A stretch of DNA of 64,000 nucleotides from Eledone cirrhosa. Taxonomy: Eukaryota. Where the stretch lies: assembly GCA_964016885.1 (NCBI GenBank), contig OZ024740.1:26164001-26228000 (forward strand). Direction: 5' to 3'. This document shows positions 9,901 to 22,000 of this stretch, piece by piece. Each line of letters begins with the position of its first letter. Positions within the stretch are counted from its first letter, which is position 1. Under the pieces are notes generated by a model that searched no databases, was not told the origin of the DNA, and was given only the letters and a program-made list of their open reading frames with translations. The position numbers were made by a program, and so were the translations under genes.

Positions 9901-10064
9901 AGGTAGGTAGTGGTGGTTGTTATGGTGATTGTTAAGATGAGGTAGGTAGTGATGGTTGTTATGGTGATTGTTAAGATGAGGTAGGTAGTGGTGATTGTTA
10001 TGGTGATTGTTTAGATGAAGTAGGTAGTGGTGGTTGTTATGGTCATTGTTAAGATAAGGTAGGT
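3917..10064 (+). repeat. Near-perfect tandem duplication, period 3064 bp (~3917-6980 / 6981-10044)
   Basis: Rare markers recur at +3064: TAAGATAAGATAAG 3961/7025, AAGAGTTGG 4494/7558 and 6000/9064, GGTCATTG 6977/10041, and identical ORFs 5930/8994. Confidence 0.92.
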
Positions 10065-13000
10065 AGTGATGGTTGTTATGGGGATTGATATGATGCGGTA
10101 GGTAGTGGTGGTTTTTATGGTGATTGTTAAGATGAGCTAGGTAGTGGTGGTTGTTATGGTGATTGTTAAGATGATGTAGTTAGTGGTGGTTGTTATGGTG
10201 ATTGTTAAGACGTGGTAGGTAGTGGTGGTTTTTATGGTGATTGATAAGATGAGGTAGTAGTGGTGGTTGTTATGGTGATTGATAAGATGAGGTAGGTAGT
10301 GGTGGTTGTTATGGTGATTGTTAAGATGAGGTAGGTAGTGGTGGTTGTTATGGTAATTGTTAAGATGAGGTAGTTAGTGCTGGTTGTTATAGTGATTGTG
10401 ATAAGGAACGTAATAGTGGTTGTTATGGTGATTGTTAAGATGAGGTAGGTAGTGGTGGTTGTTATGGTGATTGTGAAAATAAGGTATGGAGTGGTGTTTG
10501 TTATGGTGATTGTTATGATGAGGTAGGTAGTGGTGGTTGTTATGGTGATTGTTAAGATGAGGTAGGTAGTGATGGTTGTTATGGTGATTGTTAAGATGAG
10601 GTAGGTAGTGGTGATTGTTATGGTGATTGTTTAGATGAAGTATGCAGTGGTGTGTGTTATGGTGATTGTTAAGATGAGGTAGGTATTGGTGGTTCTTATG
10701 GTGATTGTTAAGATGAGGTAGTTAGTGGTGGTTGCTATGGTGATTGTTATGATGAGGTAGGTAGTGGTGTTTGTTATGGTGATTGTTAAGATGAGGTAGG
10801 TAGTGATGGTTGTTATGGTGATTGTTAAGATGAGGTAGGTAGTGGTGGTTGTTATGGCGATTGTTTAGATGAGGTAGGTAGTGATTGTTGTTATGGTGAT
10901 TGATAAGATGAGGTAGGTAGTGGTGGTTGTTATGGTGATTGTTAAGATAAGGTAGGTAGTGGTGGTTGTTATGGTGATTGTTAAGATGAGGTAGGTAGCA
11001 GTGGTTCTTATGGTGATTGTTAAGATGAGGTAGTTAGTGGTGGTTCTTATGGTGATTGTTAAGATGAGGTAGTTAGTGGTGGTTGCTATGGTGATTGTTA
11101 TGATGAGGTAGGTAGTGGTGGTTGTTATGGTGATTGTTTAGATGAAGTAGGTAGTGGTGGTTGTTATCGTGATTGTTAAGATAAGGTAGGTAGTGGTGGT
11201 TGTTATGGGGATTGATATGATGCGGTAGGTAGTGGTGGTTTTTATGGTGATTGTTAAGATGAGGTATGTAGTGGTGGTTGTTATGATGATTGTTAAGATG
11301 AGGTAGTTAGTGGTGGTTGTTATGGTGATTGTTAAGATGAGGTAGTTAGTGGTTCTTATGGTGATTGTTAAGATGAGGTAGTTAGTGGTGGTTGCTATGG
11401 TGATTGTTATGATGAGGTAGGTAGTGGGGGTTGTTATGGTGATTGTTAAGATGAGGTAGGTAGTGATGGTTGTTATGGTGATTGTTAAGATGAGGTAGGT
11501 AGTGGTGGTTGTTATGGTGATTGTTTAGATGAGGTAGGTAGTGATGGTTGTTATGGTGATTGTTTAGATAAGGCAGGTAGTGGTCGTTGTTATGGGGATT
11601 GATAAGATGAGGTAGGTAGTGGTGGTTGTTATGGTGATTGTTAAGATAAGGTAGGTAGTGGTGGTTGTTATGGTGATTGTTAAGATGAGGTAGGTAGTGG
11701 TGATTGTTAAGATGAGGTAGTTAGTGGCGGTTGTTATGGTGTTTGTTAAGATGAGGTAGCTAGTGGTGGTTGTTATGATGATTGTAAAGATGAGGTAGTT
11801 AGTGGTGGTTTTTATGGTGATTGTTAAGATGAGCTAGGTAGTGGTGGTTGTTATTGTGATTGTTAAGATGACGTAGTTAGTGGTGGTTGTTATGGTGATT
11901 GTTAAGAGTTGGTAGGTAGTGGTGGTTTTTATGGTGATTGATAAGATGAGGTAGGTAGTGGTGGTTGTTATGGTGATTGATAGGATGAGGTAGGTAGTGG
12001 TGGTTGTTATGGTGATTGTTAAGATGAGGTAGGTAGTGGTGGTTGTTATGATGATTGTTAACATGAGGTAGGTAGTGGTGGTTCTTATGGTGATTGTTAA
12101 GATGAGGTAGTTAGTGCTGGTTGTTATAGTGATTGTGATGATAAGGTACGTAATAGTGGTTGTTATGTTGATTGTTAAGATGAGGTAGGTAGTGGTGGTT
12201 GTTATGGTGATTGTGAAAATAACGTATGCAGTGGTGTGTGTTATGGTGATTGTTAAGATGAGGTAGGTATTGGTGGTTGCTATGGTGATTGTTAAGATGA
12301 GGTAGTTCGTGGTGGTTGCTATGGTGATTGTTATGATGAGGTAGGTAGTGGTGGTTGTTATGGTGATTGTTAAGATGAGGTATGTAGTGATGGTTGTTAT
12401 GGTGATTGTTAAGATGAGGTAGGTAGCAGTGGTTCTCATGGTGATTGTTAAGTTGAGGTAGTTAGTGCTGGTTGTTATGGTGATTGTTAAGATGAGGTAT
12501 GTAGTGGTGGTTGTTATGATGATTGTTAAGATGAGGTAGTTAGTGGTGGTTGTTATGGTGATTGTTAATAAGAGCTAGGTGGTGGTGGTTGTAATGGTGA
12601 TTGTTAAGATGAGATAGTTAGTGGTGGTTGTTATGGTGATTTTGATGATAAGGTATGTAGTGGTGGTTGTTATGATGATTGCGATGATAAAGTACGTAAT
12701 AGTGGTTGTTATGGTGATTGTGAAAATAAGGTATGTAGTGGTGTTTGTTATGGTGATTGTTAAGATAAGGTAGTTAGTGGTGGTTCTTATGGTGATTGTT
12801 AAGATGGGGTAGTTAGTGGTGGTTGCTATGGTGATTGTTATGATGAGGTAGGTAGTGGTGGTTGTTATGGTGATTGTTTAGATGAAGTAGGTAGTGGTGG
12901 TTGTTATCGTGATTGTTAAGATAAGGTAGGTAGTGGTGGTTGTTATGGGGATTGATATGATGCGGTAGGTAGTGGTGGTTTTTATGGTGATTGTTAAGAT

Positions 13001-16000
13001 GAGGTATGTAGTGGTGGTTGTTATGATGATTGTTAAGATGAGGTAGTTAGTGGTGGTTGTTATGGTGATTGTTAAGATGAGGTAGATAGTGGTTATTATG
13101 GTGATTGTTAAGATGAGGTAGTTAGTGGTGGTTGCTATGGTGATTGTTATGATGAGGTAGGTAGTGGAGGTTGTTATGGTGATTGTTAAGATGAGGTAGG
13201 TAGTGATGGTTGTTATGGTGATTGTTAAGATGAGGTAGGTAGTGGTGGTTGTTATGGTGATTGTTTAGATGAGGTAGGTAGTGATGGTTGTTATGGTGAT
13301 TGTTAAGATAAGGTAGGTAGTGGTGGTTGTTATGGTGATTGTTAAGATGAGGTAGGTAGTGGTGATTGTTAAGATGAGGTAGTTAGTGGCGGTTGTTATG
13401 GTGTTTGTTAAGATGAGGTAGCTAGTGGTGGTTGTTATGATGATTGTTAAGATGAGGTAGTTAGTGGTGGTTTTATGGTGATTGTTAAGATGAGCTAGGT
13501 AGTGGTGGTGGTTATTGTGATTGTTAAGATGACGTAGTTAGTGGTGGTTGTTATGGTGATTGTTAAGAGTTGGTAGGTAGTGGTGGTTTTTATGGTGATT
13601 GATAAGATGAGGTAGGTAGTGGTGGTTGTTATGGTGATTGTTAAGATGAGGTAGGTAGTGGTGATTGTTAAGATGAGGTAGTTAGTGGCGGTTGTTATGG
13701 TGTTTGTTAAGATGAGGTAGCTAGTGGTGGTTGTTATGATGATTGTTAAGATGAGGTAGTTAGTGGTGGTTTTTATGGTGATTGTTAACATGAGCTAGGT
13801 AGTGGTGGTTGTTATTGTGATTGTTAAGATGACGTAGTTAGTGGTGGTTGTTATGGTGATTGTTAAGAGTTGGTAGGTAGTGGTGGTTTTTATGGTGATT
13901 GATAAGATGAGGTAGCTAGTGGTGGTTGTTATGGTGATTGATAGGATGAGGTAGGTAGTGGTGGTTGTTATGGTGATTGTTAAGATGAGGTAGGTAGTGG
14001 TGGTTGTTATGATGATTGTTAACATGAGGTAGGTAGTGGTGGTTCTTATGGTGATTGTTAAGATGAGGTAGTTAGTGCTGGTTGTTATAGTGATTGTGAT
14101 GATAAGGTACGTAATAGTGGCTGTTATGGTGATTGTTAAGATGAGGTAGGTAGTGGTGGTTGTTATGGTGATTGTGAAAATAAGGTATGCAGTGGTGTGT
14201 GTTATGGTGATTGTTAAGATGAGGTAGGTAGCAGTGGTTCTTAATGTGATTGTTAAGATGAGGTAGTTAGTGCTGGTTGTTATGGTGATTGTTAAGATGA
14301 GGTATGTAGTGGTGGTTGTTATGATGATTGTTAAGATGAGGTAGTTAGTGGTGGTTGTTATGGTGATTGTTAAGATGAGATAGTTAGTGGTGGTTGTTAT
14401 GGTGATTTTGATGATAAGGTATGTAGTGGTGGTTGTTATGATGATTGTGATGATAAGGTACGTAATAGTGGTTGTTATGGTGATTGTTAAGATGAGGTAG
14501 GTAGTAGTGGTTGTTATGGTGATTGTGAAAATAAGGTATGTAGTGGTGTTTGTTATGGTGATTGTTAATATAAGGTAGTTAGTGGTGGTACTTATGGTGA
14601 TTGTTAAGATGAGGTAGTTAGTGGTGGTTCTTATGGTGATTGTTAAGTTGAGGTAGTTAGTGGTGGTTGCTATGGTGATTGTTATGATGAGGTAGGTAGT
14701 GGAGGTTGTTATGGTGATTGTTAAGATGAGGTAGGTAGTGATGGTTGTTATGGTGATTGTTAAGATGAGGTAGGTAGTGGTGGTTGTTATGGTGATTGTT
14801 TAGATGAGGTAGGTAGTGATGGTTGTTATTGTGATTGTTTAGATTAGGTAGGTAGTGGTGGTTGTTATGGGGATTGATAAGATGAGGTAGGTAGTGGTGG
14901 TTGTTATGGTGATTGTTAAGATAAGGTAGGTAGTGGTGGTTGTTATGGTGATTGTTAAGATGAGGTAGGTAGTGGTGATTGTTAAGATGAGGTAGTTAGT
15001 GGCGGTTGTTATGGTGTTTGTTAAGATGAGGTAGCTAGTGGTGGTTGTTATGATGATTGTTAAGATGAGGTAGTTAGTGGTGGTTTTATGGTGATTGTTA
15101 AGATGAGCTAGGTAGTGGTGGTGGTTATTGTGATTGTTAAGATGACGTAGTTAGTGGTGGTTGTTATGGTGATTGTTAAGAGTTGGTAGGTAGTGGTGGT
15201 TTTTATGGTGATTGATAAGATGAGGTAGGTAGTGGTGGTTGTTATGGTGATTGTTAAGATGAGGTAGGTAGTGGTGATTGTTAAGATGAGGTAGTTAGTG
15301 GCGGTTGTTATGGTGTTTGTTAAGATGAGGTAGCTAGTGGTGGTTGTTATGATGATTGTTAAGATGAGGTAGTTAGTGGTGGTTTTTATGGTGATTGTTA
15401 ACATGAGCTAGGTAGTGGTGGTTGTTATTGTGATTGTTAAGATGACGTAGTTAGTGGTGGTTGTTATGGTGATTGTTAAGAGTTGGTAGGTAGTGGTGGT
15501 TTTTATGGTGATTGATAAGATGAGGTAGCTAGTGATGGTTGTCATGGTGATTGTTTAGATAAGGTAGGTAGTGGTCGTTGTTATGGGGATTGATAAGATG
15601 AGGTAGGTAGTGGTGGTTGTTATGGTGATTGATAGGCTGAGGTAGGTAGTGGTGGTTGTTATGGTGATTGTTAAGATGAGGTAGGTAGTGGTGGTTGTTA
15701 TGATTATTGTTAACATGAGGTAGGTAGTGGTGGTTCTTATGGGGATTGTTAAGATGAGGTAGTTAGTGCTGGTTGTTATAGTGATTGTGATGATAAGGTA
15801 CGTAATAGTGGTTGTTATGTTGATTGTTAAGATGAGGTAGGTAGTGGTGGTTGTTATGGTGATTGTGAAAATAAGGTATGCAGTGGTGTGTGTTATGGTA
15901 ATTGTTAAGATGAGGTAGGTATTGGTGGTTGCTATGGTGATTGTTAAGATGAGGTAGTTAGTGGTGGTTCTTATGGTGATTGTTAAGATGAGGTAGTTCG

Positions 16001-19000
16001 TGGTGGTTGCTATGGTGATTGTTATGATGAGGTAGGTAGTGGTGGTTGTTATGGTGATTGTTAAGATGAGGTAGGTAGTGATGGTTGTTATGGTGATTGT
16101 TAAGATGAGGTAGGTAGCAGTGGTTCTTATGGTGATTGCTAAGTTGAGGTAGTTAGTGCTGGTTGTTATGGTGATTGTTAAGATGAGGCATGTAGTGGTG
16201 GTTGTTATGATGATTGTTAAGAGGAGGTAGTTAGTGGTGGTTGTTATGGTGATTGTTAAGAAGAGCTAGGTGGTGGTGGTTGTAATTGTGATTGTTAAGA
16301 TGAGATAGTTAGTGGTGGTTGTTATGGTGATTTTGATGATAAGGTATGTAGTGGTGGTTGTTATGATGATTGTGATGACAAGGTACGTCATAGTGGTTGT
16401 TATGGTGATTGTGAAAATAAGGTATGTAGTGGTGTTTGTTATGGTGATTGTTAAGATAAGGTAGTTAGTGGTGGTTCTTATGGTGATTGTTAAGATGAGG
16501 TAGTTCGTGGTGGTTGCTATGGTGATTGTTATGATGAGGTAGGTAGTGGTGGTTGTTATGGTGATTGTTAAGATGAGGTAGGTAGTGATGGTTGTTATGG
16601 TGATTGTTAAGATGAGGTAGGTAGCAGTGGTTCTTATGGTGATTGTTAAGTTGAGGTAGTTAGTGCTGGTTGTTATGGTGATTGTTAAGATGAGGCATGT
16701 AGTGGTGGTTGTTATGATGATTGTTAAGAGGAGGTAGTTAGTGGTGGTTGTTATGGTGATTGTTAAGAAGAGCTAGGTGGTGGTGGTTGTAATGGTGATT
16801 GTTAAGATGAGATAGTTAGTGGTGGTTGTTATGGTGATTTTGATGATAAGGTATGTACTGGTGGTTGTTATGATGATTGTGATGATAAAGTACGTAATAG
16901 TGGTTGTTATGGTGATTGTGAAAATAAGGTATGTAGTGGTGTTTGTTATGGTGATTGTTAAGATAAGGTACTTAGTGGTGGTTCTTATGGTGATTGTTAA
17001 GATGGGGTAGTTAGTGGTGGTTGTTATCGTGTTTGTTAAGATAAGGTAGGTAGTGGTGGTTGTTATGGGGATTGATATGATGCGGTATGTAGTGGTGGTT
17101 TTTATGGTGATTGTTAAGATGAGGTATGTAGTGGTGGTTGTTATGATGATTGTTAAGATGAGGTAGTTAGTGGTGGTTGTTATGGTGATTGTTAAGATGA
17201 GGTAGTTAGTGGTGGTTGCTATGGTGATTGTTATGATGAGGTAGGTAGTGGAGGTTGTTATGGTGATTGTTAAGATGAGGTAGGTAGTGATGGTTGTTAT
17301 GGTGATTGTTAAGATGAGGTAGGTAGTGGTGGTTGTTATGGTGATTGTTTAGATGAGGTAGGTAGTGATGGTTGTTATGGTGATTGTTTAGATAAGGTAG
17401 GTAGTGGTGGTTGTTATGGGGATTGATAAGATGAAGTAGGTAGTGGTGGTTGTTATGGTGATTGTTAAGATAAGATAGGTAGTGGTGGTGGTTATGGTGA
17501 TTGTTAAGATGAGGTAGGTAGTGGTGATTGTTAAGATGAGGTAGTTAGTGGCGGTTGTTATGGTGTTTGTTAAGATGAGGTAGCTAGTGGTGGTTGTTAT
17601 GATGATTGTTAAGATGAGGTAGTTAGTGGTGGTTTTTATGGTGATTGTTAAGATGAGCTAGGTAGTGGTGGTTGTTATTGTGATTGTTAAGATGACGTAG
17701 TTAGTGGTGGTTGTTATGGTGATTGTTAAGAGTTGGTAGGTAGTGGTGGTTTTTATGGTGATTGATAAGATGAGGTAGGTAGTGGTGGTTGTTATGGTGA
17801 TTGTTAACATGAGGTAGGTAGTGGTGGTTCTTATGGTGATTGTTAAGATGAGGTAGTTAGTGCTGGTTGTTATAGTGATTGTGATGATAAGGTACGTAAT
17901 AGTGGCTGTTATGGTGATTGTTAAGATGAGGTAGGTAGTGGTGGTTGTTATGGTGATTGATAGGATGAGGTAGGTAGTGGTGGTTGTTATGATGATTGTT
18001 AACATGAGGTAGGTAGTGGTGGTTCTTATGGTGATTGTTAAGATGAGGTAGTTAGTGCTGGTTGTTATAGTGATTGTGATGATAAGGTACGTAATAGTGG
18101 CTGTTATGGTGATTGTTAAGATGAGGTAGGTAGTGGTGGTTGTTATGGTGATTGTGAAAATAAGGTATGCAGTGGTGTGTGTTATGGTGATTGTTAAGAT
18201 GAGGTAGGTAGCAGTGGTTCTTAATGTGATTGTTAAGATGAGGTAGTTAGTGCTGGTTGTTATGGTGATTGTTAAGATGAGGTATGTAGTGGTGGTTGTT
18301 ATGATGATTGTTAAGATGAGGTAGTTAGTGGTGGTTGTTATGGTGATTGTTAAGAAGAGCTAGGTGGTGGTGGTTGTTATGGTGATTGTTAAGATGAGAT
18401 AGTTAGTGGTGGTTGTTATGGTGATTTTGATGATAAGGTATGTAGTGGTGGTTGTTATGATGATTGTGATGATAAGGTACGTAATAGTGGTTGTTATGGT
18501 GATTGTTAAGATGAGGTAGGTAGTAGTGGTTGTTATGGTGATTGTGAAAATAAGGTATGCAGTGGTGTGTGTTATGGTGATTGTTAAGATGAGGTAGGTA
18601 TTGGTGGTTCTTATGGTGATTGTTAAGATGAGGTAGGTAGTGGTGGTTGCTATGGTGATTGTTATGATGAGGTAGGTAGTGGTGGTTGTTATGGTGATTG
18701 TTAAGATGAGGTAGGTAGTGATGGTTGTTATGGTGATTGTTAAGATGAGGTAGGTAGTGGTGATTGTTATGGTGATTGTTTAGATGAGGTAGGTAGTGAT
18801 GGCTGTTATGGTGATTGTTAATATGAGGTAGGTAGTGGTGGTTGTTATGGTGATTGTTAACCTGAGGTAGGTAGTGGTGGTTGTTATGATGATTGTTAAG
18901 ATGAGGTAGGTAGTGGTGGTTCTTATGGTGATTGTTAAGATGAGGTAGTTAGTGCTGGTTGTTATAGTGATTGTGATAAGGAACGTAATAGTGGTTGTTA

Positions 19001-22000
19001 TTGTGATTGTTAAGATGAGGTCGGTAGTGGTGGTTGTTATAGTGATTGTGAAAATAAGGTATGCAGTGGTGTGTGTTATGGTGATTGTTAAGATGAGGTA
19101 GGTATTGGTGGTTCTTATGGTGATTGTTAAGATGAGGTAGTTAGTGGTGGTTGCTATGGTGATTGTTAAGATGAGGTAGTTAGTGGTGGTTCTTATGGTG
19201 ATTGTTAAGATGAGGTAGTTAGTGGTGGTTGCTATGGTGATTGTTATGATGAGGTAGGTAGTGGTGGTTGTTATGGTGATTGTTAAGATGAGGTAGGTAG
19301 TGATGGTTGTTATGGTGATTGTTAAGATGAGGTAGGTAGTGGTGGTTGTTATGGTGATTGTTTAGATGAGGTAGGTAGTGATGGTTGTTATGGTGATTGT
19401 TTAGATAAGGTAGGTAGTGGGCATTGTTATGGGGATTGATAAGATGAGGTAGGTAGTGGTGGTTGTTATGGTGATTGTTAAGATAAGGTAGGTAGTGGTG
19501 GTTGTTATGGTGATTGTTAAGATGAGGTAGGTAGTGGTGATTGTTAAAATGAGGTACTTAGTGGCGGTTGTTATGGTGTTTGTTAAGATGAGGTAGCTAG
19601 TGGTGGTTGTTATGATGATTGTTAAGATGAGGTAGTTAGTGGTGGTTTTTATGGTGATTGTTAAGATGAGCTAGGTAGTGGTGGTTGTTATTGTGATTGT
19701 TAAGATTACGTAGTTAGTGGTGGTTGTTATGGTGATTGTTAAGAGTTGGTAGGTAGTGGTGGTTTTTATGGTGATTGATAAGATGAGGTAGGTAGTGGTG
19801 GTTGTTATGGTGATTGATAAGATGAGGTAGGTAGTGGTGGTTGTTATGATGATTGTTAACATGAGGTAGGTAGTGGTGGTTCTTATGGTGATTGTTAAGA
19901 TGAGGTAGTTAGTGTTGGTTGTTATAGTGATTGTGATGATAAGGTACGTAATAGTGGTTGTTATGGTGATTGTTAAGATGAGGTAGGTAGTGGTGGTTGT
20001 TATGGTGATTGTGAAAATAAGGTATGCAGTGGTGTGTGTTATGGTGATTGTTAAGATGAGGTAGGTATTGGTGGTTGCTATGGTGATTGTTAAGATGAGG
20101 TAGTTAGTGGTGGTTCTTATGGTGATTGTTAAGATGAGGTAGTTCGTGGTGGTTGCTATGGTGATTGTTATGATGAGGTAGGTAGTGGTGGTTGTTATGG
20201 TGATTGTTAAGATGAGGTAGGTAGTTATGGTTGTTATGGTGATTGTTAAGATGAGGTAGGTAGCAGTGGTTCTTATGGTGATTGTTAAGAAGAGCTAGGT
20301 GGTGGTGGTTGTAATGGTGATTGTTAAGATGAGATAGTTAGTGGTGGTTGTTATGGTTATTTTGATGATAAGGTATGTAGTGGTGGTTGTTATGATGATT
20401 GTGATGACAAGGTACGTCATAGTGGTTGTTATGGTGATTGTGAAAATAAGGTATGTAGTGGTGTTTGTTATGGTGATTGTTAAGATAAGGTAGTTAGTGG
20501 TGGTTCTTATGGTGATTGTTAAGATGAGGTAGTTAGTGGTGGTTGCTATGGTGATTGTTATGATGAGGTAGGTAGTGGTGGTTGTTATGGTGATTGTTTA
20601 GATGAGGTAGGTAGTGGTGGTTGTTATCGTGATTGTTAAGATAAGGTCGGTAGTGGTGGTTGTTATGGGGATTGATATGATGCGGTAGGTAGTGGTGGTT
20701 TTTATGGTGATTGTTAAGATGAGCTAGGTAGTGGTGGTTGTAATGGTGATTGTTAACATGATGTAATTAGTGGTGGTTTTTATGGTGATTGATAAGATGA
20801 GGTAGGTAGTGGTGGTTGTTATGGTGATTGTTAAGATGAGGTAGGTAGTGGTGGTTGTTATGATGATTGTTAAGATGAGGTAGGTAGTGGTGGTCCTTAT
20901 GGTGATTGTTAAGATGAGGTAGTTAGTGCTGGTTGTTATAGTGATTGTGATAAGGAACGTAATAGTGGTTGTTATGGTGATTGTTAAGATGAGGTAGGTA
21001 GTGGTGGTTGTTATGGTGATTGTGAAAATAAGGTATGCAGCGGTGTGTGTTTTGGTGATTGTTAAGATGAGGTAGGTATTGGTGGTTCTTATGGTGATTG
21101 TTAAGATGAGGTAGTTAGTGGTGGTTGCTATGGTGATTGTTAAGATGAGGTAGTTAGTGGTGGTTCTTATGGTGATTGTTAAGATGAGGTAGTTAGTGGT
21201 GGTTGCTATGGTGATTGTTATGATGAGGTAGGTAGTGGTGGTTGTTATGGTGATTGTTAAGATGAGGTAGGTAGTGATGGTTGTTATGGTGATTGTTAAG
21301 ATGAGGTAGGTAGTGGTGGTTCTTATGGTGATTGTTAAGAGTTGGTAGGTAGTGGTGGTTTTTATGGTGATTGATAAGATGAGGTAGGTAGTGGTGGTTG
21401 TTATGGTGATTGATAAGATGAGGTAGGTAGTGGTGGTTGTTATGGTGATTGTTAAGATGAGGTATGTAGTGGTGGTTGTTATGATGATTGTTAAGATGAG
21501 GTAGTTAGTGGTGGTCGTTATGGTGATTGTTAAGAAGAGCTAGGTGGTGGTGGTTGTTATGGTGATTGTTAAGATGAGATAGTTTGTGGTGGTTGTTATG
21601 GTGATTTTGATGATAAGGTATGTAGTGGTGGTTGTTATGATGATTGCGATGATAAGGTACGTAATAGTGGTTGTTATGGGGATTGATAAGATGAGCTAGG
21701 TAGTGGTGGTTGTTATGGTGATTGTTAAGATAAAGTAGGTAGTGGTGGTTGTTATGGTGATTGTTAAGATGAGGTAGGTAGCAGTGGTTCTTATGGTGAT
21801 TGTTAAGATGAGGTAGTTAGTGCTGGTTGTTATGGTGATTGTGAAAATAAGGTAGGTAGTGGTGTTTGTTATGGTGATTGTTAAGATGAGGTAGGTAGTG
21901 ATGGTTGTTATGGTGATTGTTAAGATGAGGTAGGTAGTGGGGGTTGTTATGGTAATTGTTAAGATAAGGTAGGTAGTGGTGGTTGTTATGGTGAATGTTA

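Noticed and set aside
16819-17010. Plus-strand 63-aa Val/Met/Ile ORF
   Set aside because: It is a chance run of monomers lacking the consensus TAG in that frame.
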